NCBI RefSeq assembly: GCF_018350175.1
Contig: NC_058368.1
Location: forward strand, 214,708,001-214,772,000
DNA: 64,000 nucleotides
From: Felis catus
Lineage: Eukaryota
Direction of reading: 5' to 3'
In this document: in pieces, positions 11,846-25,665 of the stretch
Layout: each line of letters starts with the position of its first letter
Position numbering within the stretch: position 1 is the stretch's first letter
Program-made: the position numbers and the translations under genes
Notes under the pieces: model-generated
Database searches by the model: none
The model's input: only the letters and a program-made list of their open reading frames with translations
Told to the model about the DNA's origin: nothing

Positions 11846-13457
11846 TTTCTTATTTTCTGAATCAGCTACTCAAACAGTAAGACTAAAGCTGACACATTAC
11901 CCAAAGTTATAAATAAAGAGTATAATTTAGTGTGATTTTTCTTCTAAACTATTCATGAATTCTATAAAGTTTTTTTTTTTTTTTTTAAATCACCCCAATC
12001 AATGTTTTCCTTATGTCAGGGAAAGAAAGAAGCCCTTGTAAAGTGCAGCTAGCATTTTACAATTTCCTTCTGCCTCCCTGACACTCGTGTGGCTGTTAAT
12101 GTTGCTATTGAATGTTTCCCCCCCTGCGAAATGCAGAATCACGATGGGAAGTTTCATTGTTTGACTTTCTATAGCACCCTACTGAAGACAGTACACTTAA
12201 TCATTGTATTTTGCAGATTAGATAAAGCTTCATCCTTGCTTTCTCTTTTCCTCCAGCAATTTAATATTGTAGTTGGCTTGCACACTTGTAATTAAAAAGT
12301 GACTTATGAAAGTGCACTGCGAACAAGGCACCCACACCCCTTAGCAACCAGTGCTGGTGACTAGTTGTAATAATAATACCATGTCAAAATAGTATGATTG
12401 TTCCAATGATTACACATGTTTTTCTTTCAAAAGGTGGATAAACATGCAGTTATGTTTGATATTCTAAGAAAAGTGGTAGTTGGAGCAGAAGGGTGAAAGA
12501 ATGTTAATGTGCTCTGCAACTTTATGAAGAAAGGTCAGAAAGTGTATCTTCCTATCCTTATGTCTTCATTTATCTCTTGGTGTGTGTCGCCATTTTGTTC
12601 ACATGGCTTTTTAAGGTAAAGTACTTCTCTTAATAAATGTCATTTCCTATATTCTGTGGAACTTCACTAAACTCCACAGTAGGGATCCCTCCTAAATGAG
12701 GATCATATTCGCAAATAGCAGGGCTGCCCTGACCTAGTCGGTATTGTTGGTTAGATGAAGTTGTTCTTCAGCGTGCTCAGTATTCCATATATGAGATTCT
12801 TAGCTTTGTGGACTTCTTCCACAGGCAGTAAAATTTCTTGCAGTCTCTTTATATCTCCTTGCCTTTCTCACTTTCATTTTATGGAATCACACATAAATAA
12901 AATTCATTCCACCCTGGAAGTCATTATTATACAACTGTACCTCTGCCATGCATGGAATTGGATACTGAGGAGAACTGATGATAACAATGGGGAAACAAAC
13001 ATGTGAACAGCCACAAGACAATCAGAGGAGGGGAGATCCTGACCGTTGAGGAATATATGATTCTATTGGGGCCCAGAAAGGATGGAATTGGAATAAATTC
13101 GTGTGAGTATCTTAACAAGTGTTTTCAAATTAAACTCTATTATTGTAATCAAAGTCCTTGGTAAACAACACCAAAAATTAATAGGTATGTCCAGTAAATT
13201 TTAGATGGCTTGGAAACCTAGGTTTCTACTCTGCTATGGAGTGTAGTGGTCAGTCAGAACACATGAAAAGAAGGCATGATGTGGAGTGTGAGTCCCAAGG
13301 ACTAGGTCAGGAATCAGGACCAAGGACATGAGTTCTGACCTGCTTTCAGTTTATAGTTCTGCGGTTCAAACCGGACAGGTAGGCTTGCCCAAAGATACAA
13401 ACAAGTTGGAAAATTTTAGAAATGGTCTATAAAAGTCTTTTCAATGTGGCAAAGTTT

Positions 13458-13585
13458 GGGTGATGGTAGTATTTAGATACTGAACTGGAACACCCTTCCG
13501 GAGTAAAAGGGTGTGCTATTAGTAATTACACCAGACGAGTAGCAATAAACAGGAAATGACCCTGGGCAAATTGGGACAAGACCAA
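13458..13585 (+). mobile_element. MER81-like hAT-Blackjack MITE relic
   Basis: gggtga..ctggaacac..gagtaaaagggtgtgctattagtaattacaccag..ccctgggcaaattgggaca resembles the recalled MER81 consensus. Confidence 0.6.
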
Positions 13586-14049
13586 GGGCCCAATGTCAAG
13601 CTGTTTGACATTGGCTTTTCCACTGCCTTGTTTTACTCTCCTTTCTGCCTCCCCTCAGTGATGATAGAGGGCATTTCTACATCGGGTATACCTCTGATCC
13701 CCCGGGGAGGCACAGAACAATGAGCTAGGGCTTGAGCAGCTGGCTGGTCTTCGCCTTTCCACTTCAGGAGATACTGCCCTCTGCTTCTCCACTTTGTCCT
13801 CAAGCATGGGATCTTCTACATTTTCCACAGTTGACCTAATAACAGCAATTCATGTTTTTATATTTAACTAACTATATTGAGCTGTAATTTGCTTACAATT
13901 AAATCTTGTGATTTTAAGTTCAAGGTTCTGTGAGTTTTGAGAAACACACACACCAACATATGTACACACCAGAAGATACAGAACATTTCCAACACCTCAA
14001 AAGCTTCACTCATCTTTACAGCCCCTGTCCTGTTTTCTAAAATTACACA

Positions 14050-14600
14050 TTTGACCCTTAAACAAGACAGGTTTTGAACTGCATGGGTCCACTTATACAC
14101 ATATTGAAAAAAAATTTTTTTAATGTTTATTTATTTTCGAGAGAGAAAGAGAGACAGAGTGTGAACAGGGGAGGGGCAGAGAGAGGGGGAGACACAGAAT
14201 CTAAAGCAGGCCCCAGGCTCCCAGCTGTCAGCTCAGAGCCCACTGTGGGGCTCGAAGTCACGAACTGTGAGATCATGACCTAAGCTGAAGTTGGATGCTT
14301 AACAACTGAGTCACCCAGGTGCTCCCCCCCCCTTTTTTAATAAATACAGTACAGTACTATAAATGTATTTTATCTTCCTTATGATTTTCTTTTCTCTAGC
14401 TTACATACTATTACAAGAATACACTAGGTAATGTACGTAACACACAAAGTATTTGTTAATCTACTGTTTATGTTATTGGTAAGACTTTCAGCAGCAAGGT
14501 CTTAGTAAAGTTTTTGGGGAGTCAAAGTTACGGGTGGATTTTCAACTGCATGTGGGGGCTTGGTGCTTGTAACCCCCATGTTGTTCAATGGTTAACTCTA
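14050..14600 (+). mobile_element. Tigger2a-like DNA transposon with both terminal inverted repeats
   Basis: Left end ttgacccttaaacaagacaggttttgaactgcatgggtccacttata; right end aacccccatgttgttcaatggttaact. Confidence 0.8.
14115..14326 (-). mobile_element. CanSINE nested in the Tigger2a
   Basis: tttaatgtttattta..gagagacagag..gagatcatgacct..gagtcacccaggtgctcc. Confidence 0.93.
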
Positions 14601-15083
14601 CATTAGTTTACTATTCTATGCTTCAATATAAATGTACTCTTTTGACTTTTGACTTCTTTGTTCAGCAAAATGATTTTGGATTCATCTATGATATTGATCA
14701 TATCAGTAATTCACTCCATATTATTTGCTCAGTAATACTCAATTGTATGGATATATCACAGTATTTATCTATTCACTGGTGGTTAGACATTTGGTTTGTT
14801 TCTAGTTTTTGGATATCGTGAATAAAGTTATTATTAAGATTCATGCACAGGCCTTTGTGTGGATATATGTTTTCATTTTTCTTGGTTAAATACTTTGAAA
14901 AGGGATTTTGGAGTTTTATGGTATAACAAACTGCCAAATTGCTATCCAAAGTGGTTGACAATTTTATATTCTTTCTATCATAGTATGAAATTTTCTGTTA
15001 TTCCAAAACCTCATCAACACTTTCTATCATCAGTCTTTAATTTTAGCCATTCTTGTAGCTGTGTAGTGGTATCTCACTGTGTT

Positions 15084-15304
15084 GTTTAAAAAAAAAAATT
15101 AACGTGTATTTATTATTGAGAGACAGAGAGACACAGAGCATGAGCAAGGGAGGGGCAGAGAGAGGAGGAGACACAGAATCTGAAGCAGGTTCCAGGCTCT
15201 GAGCTGTCAGCACAGAGCCCGACGTGGGGCTTGAACTCATAAACCATGAGATCATGACCTGAGCTGTAGTCGGACGCTTAACTGACTGAGCCACTCAGGC
15301 ACCC
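15084..15304 (-). mobile_element. CanSINE
   Basis: Full body; TSD ctcactgtgtt at 15073-15083 and 15305-15315. Confidence 0.95.
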
Positions 15305-15649
15305 CTCACTGTGTTTTAATTAACCTTTTTCTGACGACTAATGATGCTGAACATCTTTACATATGCTTATTTTGTTTATCTTCTTTTGCAAAGTCTGTTC
15401 CAGATCTTTATTCATTTTTCCAAAGTCTTTATTATAAGACCTCCAAAAATACAGCAAGTTTTAAAGAACTTTACAGTTAATATGTGTATATATGCCACCT
15501 ACAGCCAGTCATTACATTTCACTGCAAGTTTTAGAAATCATGTTCATCTAATCATCCTTCTATCTATCCATCAAGGAATATTATTATTATTTTTATTTGA
15601 GAGTACGTTGTTTCCCCCAATACCTGAATATGAAATTCATTAACTGTAT

Positions 15650-16760
15650 TGTAATATGTTCACAGTTTTGATGTGACTTTTGCAAGAAAAATGCATATAC
15701 TTATATGACACACCCATAGAAATACATAGATTTTTACCTTCATCCTAGAATAGTCCTTCATGCCATTTTCCAGTCATTTCCAACTGCAATCACCTTTCTT
15801 ATTTATTTTTTTTTCCATTGACTCATTTTTTTTCTTTTCTGGAATATGATTTATAAATTTTAGAATACTCACAATTTTATATTTAGATTTTTAACTCAGC
15901 ATAATTTTTGTGAGATTTATTCATGTTGTTATATTAATTCCTTTTCTATTACTGAGTAACATTCCACTGAATATTTATCAATCCATTCTCCCACTGATGG
16001 ATTTTTTTCCCATTTGAGTCTTTTAGGAATAAAACTACTGTAAATATTCTTGTACAATGATTTGTTTGAACATATGTTGGCATTTTTCTTTAGTAAATCT
16101 CTAAGAGTGGGATTATTGGTTATAGGGTATGTTTACATTTAGCTTTATAAGAAACTGTCATAAAATTTTCCAGTTCCACTTTCCACTTCAATCAACAATG
16201 TAGAAGATCTCCAGGTGCTCCATATCCTTGCCAACATTTGATGTCAGCCTTTTTATTTGTAGTTATTCTGAGGTATGTGGAATGGAATCTCTGTCATTTT
16301 ATTTTACTTTTCCCTGATCGCACTGGCACTGGGCACTTTTCCATGTGATTACTGGACAACTGCGCATCTTTTTTTTTTTTTTTTAATATCAGCTCGAAGT
16401 TTGTTTTCCATTTGAAAAAATTGGTTGTTGTCTTTATTATTGATTTTTACTTCTTTGTAAAAGAAGTCCTAGCAGTCCTTGTCAGATGTTTTCTTTCAAT
16501 TTGTGGCTTGTTTTTCTTTTCCTCTTTTCTTTTCCAGACTAGATTTTACTTTGGATGGAGGCCAATTTATGATTTTTTTTTCTTTTGTGATATATGTTTT
16601 TTGTGTTCAATATAGGAAATTTCTGACTATTTCAAAGTCAAAAAATCTTCTCCAATATTCTGTTCTTAAATTTTTGGTTTTAATTTGTAAAGTTAGGTCT
16701 AAGATCTATTTCAGGTTAATTTTGTGTATGAGGTAAGTGGGTCAACATTCAGTTTTCTCC
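15650..16760 (-). mobile_element. Old L1 (L1M-type) 3' fragment
   Basis: ctcagcataatttttgtgagatttattcatgttg; ctaagagtgggattattgg; ccatatccttgccaacattt; aggtctaagatctatttcaggttaattttgtgtatg. Confidence 0.75.
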
Positions 16761-16922
16761 TTTTTTTTTTTTTTTTTGAGTATGGTTATTCTCTCATTTC
16801 AGTAAAGAATTCATGATTAGAACCCTTTAAAAACTTGGAGGATTAAATAAGAGAGTTATACCTAAACAGCAATTTATGCCTCAGAAGTAAAGACTAAGTT
16901 AACTCATCATTTAAAAAAAATA

Positions 16923-17140
16923 GGGGTCCTGGGTGGCTTAGTTGGTTAAGTCTCCAACTCTTGATTTTGGCTTAAGTCATGATGTCACAGGTTGGTGAGT
17001 TAGAGCCCTGCATCAGGCTATGTCTTGGCAGTGTGGAGCCTGCTTGGGATTCTCTCTCTCCCTTTCTCTCTGCCCTTCCCCCACTTGCATTCTCTCTCTC
17101 TCTCTCTCTCTCTTTTAAAATAAATAAAAACTTAAAAAAA
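16923..17140 (+). mobile_element. CanSINE
   Basis: ggggtcctgggtggct head, (CT)n tract and tail; near-TSD tttaaaa(a/g)aaatag. Confidence 0.93.
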
Positions 17141-18995
17141 GACTTTAAAAGAAATAGAGTGAAAAAAAGCCTCTATGACTAGACTTGCTAATAGTATGAG
17201 GCAATATTTGGTATAGGACTTGTTTTAAAGTGCAGGTGCCCTTAAGCAAGCCTGTTGAGCAAGCTTCAAGGTGTCTTCTATATGATATCTACCATCATAT
17301 CAGCATGGCTGCCATGTACCAGATTTGAGACTTTCTCCCTGTGTAGGTCTCAATCCATCTTCCAGTTCCAGAGATTGCTTTCTCTCTACCTGCTGACAGC
17401 ACTCATTAATAATAACTAGAATCCTCAGAGTTCTAGTCCAAGATAGCAAAACCCAGAGGTAGTAAGGAGGTTCTCTCTTTCCCCAGTCTCAGTCTACTTT
17501 GCAGTGACTCAGACTTCTTGCCCTTTTCCTGCCTGTATCTCAAATTTTTCCAGGTAATTGACAAAAGGGCTGTACATTTCCTGTAAAGGATTCCTCCACA
17601 TCCTAGCTACATGGGTGCGGTCTGTTTGTTGATTCAAACAAAGCAATCATTTCAGATTACAGTTGTTCAGTTTACATACAGGAGATATATATTGGTGGAA
17701 GAGGGTTATTTTCTTACCTTTCTTCCTTGTAAATTTTGTAATAAAAGAGCAGCTCCTTCATTGATAAGAATTTACTGGACTCTGGGTTATTTACTCTGAA
17801 TTTGTCAAATGTAACAACAGCAGTGGTACAGACCAGGTTGTTCCATGCCAGGCCAAGAGAGTTTCTTTTATAATAGTACTGCAGTATGAAGGAACGACCA
17901 CTCTTTGGCCATTATTTTGACAGCCTTCTCTAGCTCAACTCCTTATTTCCTTTGTGCAAGAACTTAAATAAGTGCACACATTTTCCAATAGCACACAAAT
18001 ACTTTGAACACAAAGAACACTGTAAACCTACATGTAGATAACATTTTTTTAGTATGGTATGCCAATTCCATCAATGTTTTAAAGACCCCTTTGTCAACTT
18101 ATGCCAAAGTTTCAGCTCTCAGTATCATTATGATATCACATAATGTGAACCCAGGTCACATTTTTTTATGATGCCCTGAAGTCTCAGCAAGAACACTTTT
18201 CCCAAACATGTGACTTGGGGATGAGATCTTAGCCCTAAGCTGATAATTGAAAATACTTTCATCTTCTTCCTATGAATTGAGGAATCATTGCTTTTTCCCT
18301 CTGCAATGGAAAACCTGAGATTTCAGCCAAGTCAGTATCCAGTCTTTTTTCAGATACCATTCATAACTCTGACCATATACATTTATTTCTGCTATCCAGT
18401 GATGACAAAAAGTTATGCTTAATGTAGTCTTTATTCCTAATTAGTGAGTAATTACTGAAAGAAAGGACAATCTCTAAGAAATATAAATTTTGATTTGTTT
18501 TGTCATTGAATGTTGCTTCATTCAGACTGATTCATTACAGCTTAAGAAATAAAGAATATTAATGTTTAGTGATGCTGAGCATCATGATTTAATGAAACCA
18601 TATTGGGTTTATATTTCACACAAATTCCTGGAGAGGGCCATACAGGGCACTTACCCATTCACTTTAAAGAAATAAAAGTAAACATATAAGTACTTGTGTT
18701 TTCCACTCTGTCTCTTATATTAGCCATCTGTGAATTCATACCACTTCACTTCAGCAGATAGGTAGATATTGCATACATTATACAGATATATAGTATATAC
18801 AGATACAGTGATGTGTAAGTCTCTATCTATGTATCTATCTATCTATCATGCTTGACCCTGATCTGGAAGCCATATTTGTGCTCTTATGTCAGAAGGACAC
18901 AGGCAATGTAGGAGTCTGGTCCTAAAAAACAAAATCCGCAAAGAGTTCTTTAGAAAATGTAATAATTTCAAAGTTTCTAGGCCCACGGGTTATTG

Positions 18996-18996
<1 letters not shown>

Positions 18997-19028
<32 letters not shown>
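18997..19028. repeat. (TTA)n microsatellite
   Basis: TTA run read directly from the sequence. Confidence 0.93.
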
Positions 19029-19199
19029 GTTTGTTTGCTTGTTTTTAAGGGAAAGAATAGCTTGGGGAAATTGTTACACTTACATTGAATAAGAAGGCCA
19101 GGTATTCCAACCCAAATGTCCAGGTGTATCTGGTTATTTATTTTCCTTGGTGCAACTTGTCTTAGCATGGCACAGGGAACATATCCATCTGAATATTCT

Positions 19200-19295
19200 T
19201 GGGTACTTTGCTGAAATGTAGATTTCTTAGCCACATTCAGACCCTCTAATAATCTCTGGGTAGAGATATTAGTATCTGTATTTTCTAGCAAGCAA
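19200..19295 (+). mobile_element. MER5-like hAT relic
   Basis: tttgctgaaatgtagatttct..cagacc..aatctctggg..atctgtatttt..caagc. Confidence 0.45.
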
Positions 19296-20342
19296 TCATG
19301 ATAATGTATAGTTTGGTGGATATAAAAGATTTTGCTAAGCTCTTAATCCTAGGCGAACAGAACCACAAAGAGGTTAGGAGTTTACTTGGCATAGGGTATT
19401 TCAGCTGAGGTTAAGGATTCCCAGTTACAAGAAAGATTTTAAGAGTTAAACATTTTAAGAGTTGGTGGTGTGAAGGAAGTTCATTTAGGGACAGTAGAAA
19501 TCATTAACTGATCAATTGGCGTAATCATGTTTGTCTCTGAAAGAAGTAGAGGTTGTTCAGGACAGCCTTTATCTTCCCTCAGATGGAGATGGGTCCCATG
19601 CTATTCCTGAAGGAAATAAACATCTCTGCAGAGAAATAAGAGAGATAGGAGCACATTTGCCCTTTAATTTTGTATCAGTCAGGTCTATTCATAAAATAGA
19701 AAATATTCTACATATATAAATCTCAGGTAATTTAAGCAAATGATTTTTAAAAAAACTGAGAAGGTGGGCAGGACAATGGGACAACTAAAATTCACAATAA
19801 TGGGACATTGGAAATCCTAAACTAGAGGAACAAAGGAGGGAGATGATATGAACAGAGCCTAAGGGCTTGGGGTCACTCAGAAGAAGCAGAAATACTGGTG
19901 AGCCTTCTCAGGGAAAGTTGCAGCCATTTAGAAATACAGACATTGCCAAAGATACTTCCAGGGACAGAAAAGTGCTACCTTCCAATCCCAAAGACTCAAC
20001 TGGCCAAATTGTAACTTAACTGGGTCAGTCCCTTGGTGACACAGAGCAGAGGAAAGATGAAGTGGACCTGAAGGTAAGAAGGCTGAAGACTGGTGCCTCT
20101 GCATTTTACCTGGTCTAGAGAACATAGACTCATTATTCAAGACCTGTTTTATTTCTCATCATCATTCTCCTCTTCATTTAGAATTGCCTCTCCTTTCTAT
20201 AAATAGAACCCATGTGAAATTGCTGATCTTCAACTACTCTTGAATTACAAAACCACAGTGTCATATGATTCATCTTGACATCTTCCCCTAATAATACCTA
20301 CTCACAACATTTAGGGTTTAAAAGGTATAAAACAAGATTGTC

Positions 20343-20576
20343 GGGGTGCCTGGGTGGCTCAGTTGGTTAAGCCTCCGACTCAGCTCAGGTCATGATCTGA
20401 TGGTTCGTGGGTTCGAGCCCTGCATCAGGGGCTCTGTGCTGACAGCTCAGAGCCTGGAGCCTGCTTTGGATTCTGTGTCTCCATCTCTCTCTGTCTGTCC
20501 CCTCTTTGTGCTCTATCTCTGTCTCTCTCTCTTATTCAAAAGTAAAAAAAATAAAAATAAAAAATTGAAAACACAC
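20343..20576 (+). mobile_element. CanSINE
   Basis: Full body; exact TSD caagattgtc at 20333-20342 and 20577-20586. Confidence 0.95.
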
Positions 20577-21859
20577 CAAGATTGTCCTCATATATTTACA
20601 TATATCTCCCTCTGCTAAGCTTTGAGAGCTTTGATGTCTGGATTGTGCCTTACTTAATTTTATATCTCCAGTGCCAAGCACAGAATCTGGTATAAAATGG
20701 GAATTTAAATGTTTATTGTATGAGTGAGGGGAGGAAAAATAGTTTTCCAGTACAACCTAAGTTATCAAATTAGACAATGTTACATAAGCAAAAGGTCAGC
20801 ATTCAGTAAAAAACATATTTAAAAATAATGTATTTTTTCATGTTAGAAGACTCAAATTCAGGACTCTGAATATGCTAAATAGTTAAGCTACAAAGTTGGC
20901 CTTTACTGATAGATTTGTTTTATGTACTCAAGGAAGTTTTGAAATAGTGTAGGTATTGACACTGAAATGAATCTAAATTTATATATGTTATACATATCAT
21001 ATTGTGCAAGCCTTTTTACTGCATACTTTCCAGATTTTTAATTTTTAATTCTTTCATACAATTTTTCATTCTTTGTACAAAAAAAGATGAAATAAGCTTC
21101 TCTTGGCCATCTCAGAGTTTGAAACTTATTGTCATATGGGTAAAATATGAATATCATATTGCAGTGCAAGGTGAAAAGAAAATACGAAGTTTTAGTAAAA
21201 TGGGTTTCTCTTACTTTAACATGAGACTAAATAGCTAATAAACACATCTTTAGAATGACTGATAAAGCTGTATACTCACCCATAAAATAATTCACTCAGC
21301 AAAGTTGTAAATAATGAGCTCTTTCCTTTAAAAATATGAAACATGAGGCAACTAGGACAATGATAAAAATTAGCTGGAGATTTTTTTCTTCCCAAAAGTT
21401 CATAATTTTTATGCTAAAGAAAAAAAGCATGAGATGGGAGTTTTCTGTGAAAAAGACAAGAAAATTAAAAGGTAGAAGCAGTACTTCATGACTTTTTTGT
21501 TTGTTTTTGAGAGTGCATTCTGTAAAATGCCTTTACCACAGTGTAATTACCATATTAACTGAGGCCACAATCATTATTTATCTACTATAGAAAGTCACTG
21601 AACCCATAAAGATTTCACGATTTGTAAACAATGACTCTCTAATCAGAGAAGGAAAATAACGGAGCTAGAACTGTATAGAATAGCACAGGACAAATAGAAT
21701 AAAGATCTTTGGTTCATGGTTATTAGAACATAGGGATCCATGAAAAAAATGGTCATCTAATTATTTTTTTCTGAGTCTGGAAAATTTGTGAGCTTATATT
21801 ATATATCCCAAAAGATTCCAAAGGATCAATTGGGGGGTGAATAAAAAGCTATCTCTTGA

Positions 21860-22640
21860 TTTGATTCACTCACTCATTAAAGATTTATTGAAAGATTCTT
21901 TTTTTATGTTTATTTATTTTGAGAGAGAGTGCAGGCAGGGGAGGGGTACAGAGAGAGGGAGAGAGAATCCCAAGCAGGCTTCACACACTGTACACGGGGC
22001 TTTGCACGGGGCTTGCCAGGGGGCTTGATGCAGGGCTGGAACCCAAGAGCTGTGAGATCGTGACCTGAGCAAAATCAAGAGTTGGAGTTTTAACCGGCTG
22101 AGTCACCCAAGCATCCCTATTGAAAACTTATTGTGTGCAGAGCTCAGTGGGAGATGCCCTATAAAAAGGTAAAACAAACAAATGAACAAACAAACAAATC
22201 TGAGCCCCATATAGATAGTCCAATTACTCAAGGAGATTGCTATCTTGATAGGGAAGAAAGACTAAGTGGTACCTATATGAGTAAATGATGCAGGAGATGC
22301 TGATGGGCCATGTTTTATGTACATAGAAATAGTTAACTCAAAGTCCAAATTTCTCATTAGCTACAGCAATGAGATAAGCATAGACTGGTACCTGAAGATC
22401 AGTAAAAATCAAATCTTAGTAGATGTGCTGTGGAAAAGAATAATATATTAGTTCATGACTGGAAGGGGATGAGACTGGTGGTCTGGAGTATACAATCATG
22501 GAAGGGAATAGGGAGAGAGAAAGCTGGAAACGTGAATGGACTGCAGATGGCTACAAGTTTCCATGATAAGATCAAATGTTTGAACTTAATTTAAGTTAAG
22601 GAAAGTAAGGGAGAATTTTGAGCCAGGTGTGAAGTGAGAT
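21860..22640 (-). mobile_element. L2 LINE relic interrupted by a SINE
   Basis: 3' end ttcactcactcattaaagatttattg..ttattgtgtgcag..; downstream atgataag..tttgaactt..gagaattttgagccagg. Confidence 0.5.
21896..22117 (-). mobile_element. CanSINE with an internal short tandem amplification
   Basis: tttatgtttatttattttgagagag..gagatcgtgacctgagc..gagtcacccaagcatccc; flanks tattgaaa / tattgaaa. Confidence 0.9.
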
Positions 22641-23694
22641 GCAATCTGAGCTTGGATTTAAGCAAATACAATAAGAACCCTGGATTAAATATCTTAGACC
22701 CCTTGAAGCTTTAAAACTGCATTTTCCTATGATTCTGTGTGTTTTGGGTAGAGATTATAGAAGATTTTGAAGAAGGTCTGTCTGCTAGAGGCTTTCTGGG
22801 TGTTACTCAATGGGCATAGGAGTGGAGGTGGAGGCAGAAGTGTGTGTGCTTTGTTCAGGGAGAATGGGCACAAAGAGGTTTTGTAGCAAAATTGAGGGGA
22901 ACTGAAAACTGCTAGCAAGGGAATGAAGGAGAGGGAGAAGTTAAAGCAGTTTTGAGTTCTGTTGGCTTGATTGTGTCACTATGGAGAATTGAAAGCTTGA
23001 AAGAAATGGAGTAAAGGAAGGCACATTTTGAAATTTTAAATTTAGATATGTTAATTTTTAGGCATTGACAAGACATGTACTTTTTTTTTATTAAGGCATG
23101 TACTTTTGAAACCACATGACTCAAGTTCTAAAATGTGCACACAGCCAGCATCAAATCATTGATAAGACATGCAGAACACAGAGGGAGGGGTCCAATCATC
23201 TTAAACAATAAAGTTGAGAGGTAAGCCTGATAATGAATCAAGTGCCAAGAAGTAGTTGTTAACTCTGAGTGAGAATCAGAATCCAAAACTCAAGCTGTCT
23301 TTATCACTGGCAGAGCATGGTGCAAAAAAGCAAAGGAAATGAATTTTAATACATAATTGTGCAAAGAAGTTTGAAGGCATTATTCCTATGTGGTCCCTTT
23401 AAAGCCATATGTCCTATCCCAACATGCATCTGCTATTCTTAAAGAATCATTAGCAGAATTATGGAAGATCACAACATGGTGTTATGATTATAGAAGTTGT
23501 TAGTAAAGTGAAGAGTCAGATTCAAACCATTTTGATAAAAAAGTGGTCTCTTATCAGAAAGGAAAACAATTGTCCATTCCAACCATTTCCATAGTTTATG
23601 ATAAATGCTAGTTTCAATTTTGTGATGATCAAATGGAAAAATGCATGGAATACCTTTGTATATTACATGGAAATATACAGCTTAAAATAATTAG

Positions 23695-24770
23695 AAATAA
23701 AATGAACCATTGGGACTTCATCAAGGTAAAATCATCTGCACAGTGAGGGAAATAACCAACAAAACTAAAAGGCAACTGATGGAATGGGAGGTGATATGTA
23801 CAAATGACATATCAGTTAAGGGTTAGTGTCCAAAATCTGTAAAGAACTTACCAAACTCAATACCCAAAAACAAATAATCCAATTAAAAAATGGGCAGAAG
23901 GCCCTAATAGACATTTTTCCGAAGAAGACACCCATATGGCTAACAGATACATGAAAAGATGCTCAACATCACTCATCATCAGGGAAGTACAAATTAAAAC
24001 AACAAAGAAATACCACCTCACGCCTGTCAGAATGGCTAAAATTAGCAACACAAGACACAATAGATGTTGGCGAGGATGTGGACAAAGGGGAACCCTCTTA
24101 CACTGTTGGTGGAAATGCAAACTGGTATAGCCACTCTGGAAAACAGTATGGATATTCCTCAAAAAGTTAAAAATAGAACTTCCCTATGATCCACCAATTG
24201 CCCTACTAGGTATTTACTGAAAGGATACAAAAATACTGATTCAAAGGGACACATGCACCCAGATTATTATAGAGTGTAATCAACAATAGCCAAATTATGG
24301 AAACAGCCCAAATGTCCATCGACCAATGAATGGCTAAAGAAGAAGTGGTATACATATACAATGGAATATTGTTCACCCATCAAAAAGAATGAAATCTTGC
24401 CATTTACAATGACGTGGATGGAACTAGAGTATATTATGCTAAGCAAGCTAAGTCAGAGAAAGACAAATAACATATGATTTCACTCACATGTGGATGTAGG
24501 AAACAAAAACAGATGAACATGGAGTGGGGAAGAGAGAGAGACAGACCGTAAAACAGACTGTTAACTATAGAGAACAAACTGAGGGTTGCTGGAGGGGAGG
24601 AGTGTGGGGGATGGGCTAAATGGGGGATGGGTATTAAGGAGGACACTTGTGATGAGCACAAGTGATATGTAGGTGATGAATCACTAAATTCTGCCCTAAT
24701 ATTCTACTAATAATACAGTGTATGTTAACTAATTAGAATGTAAGTAAAAACTTGAAACAAAGGAAATCAA
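23695..24770 (+). mobile_element. 5'-truncated carnivore L1 (ORF2 C-terminus and 3'UTR)
   Basis: Translation [35 protein letters not shown] matches the L1 ORF2p Cys-rich end; carnivore 3'UTR gagaacaaactgagggttgctgg..tatgttaactaattagaat. Confidence 0.93.
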
Positions 24771-24902
24771 AACAAAGTGAATTTGTTTCCTTACTGCACC
24801 TCTTCCAATAGTCACTAATTTCTATCAGTAATATATTTTTATATATCTTATAGTACTAGTACACATTCTTTCATCTAGATCTAGATTGTTTAGATCATCT
24901 AG

Positions 24903-25070
24903 AAAGAGATCAGCAAACTTTTTTCTATAAAGGGCCAATTATTAAATACTGTAGGCTTTGCAGGTCAGCGTCTTGTCATATCTACTCAGTTTTGCTTAGA
25001 GCAAGAAAACAACCATAAACAATATGCAATCAAATGGGTGCAATCTTATGAACAACACAGTTTTTTTTTA
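24903..25070 (+). mobile_element. MER58-like hAT-Charlie relic
   Basis: atcagcaaacttttttctataaagggccaatt..aggctttgcagg..ctactcag..aaccataaacaatatg. Confidence 0.7.
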
Positions 25071-25665
25071 CTCTAGCTACTCATCATTATTTAATCACTG
25101 TAACACTAGAAAATGTCAGGAACATGTAGGAAAAATTATATATATAATTATATGTGTATATAATTTATATAATTACACATATCATTTTGAACTAGGAGAA
25201 AGGACAACTTCATGGGCTCTAAATAACATTTTTTCAACTTCTGCTTCAATGGTTGCTTCTATTACAATTCATATGTATTCCAAAGGTATTTTCAGACAGG
25301 TAGGAGAGGCAACTGAAAGCTGATTAATAGTATAATGGTCCATAGCAAACTTTCAATATATGCTAGCTACCTACCATAATCATTATCAATATTATTTTTG
25401 TTATTTTTATGTTCACACAAAATCCAGAAACAAGTGATAGGGAAAAGGACATGTTTAAATATAAGGAAATGATTAAGAAGAGATCTTTCTGCAACATTGA
25501 AGAATCTTACTTATGACTTTATTCACTTTCCTTGCTATAGTCTTGTGAATCTTATTTATTTAAATGGATATATTTTAAAAGATGGAAACTTTAAATTCAA
25601 ATTACTGTTTTCTAATCAAAACATCCATATTACCTATAGTTCAATATGTAGTAATAGAGAAACTA

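Larger units (their letters stand above)
13860..15450 (-). mobile_element. Old L1 (L1MB/MC-type) 3' region, interrupted by a Tigger2a and SINEs
   Basis: L1 3'UTR motifs tattgagctgtaattt..aagatacagaacatttcca; gtttatctattcact..gacatttggtttgtttc; ttttaattttagccattct..gtagtggtatctca; gactaatgatgctgaacatcttt. Confidence 0.75.

Noticed and set aside
15043..15294. Recurrent MAQSVK.. ORFs (also at 10587, 27972, 53554, 62575 and 62812) as a gene family
   Set aside because: These are translations of CanSINE sequence.
20343..20430. tRNA-like A/B boxes as tRNA genes
   Set aside because: They are the tRNA-derived heads of CanSINEs, followed by SINE body, tail and TSD.
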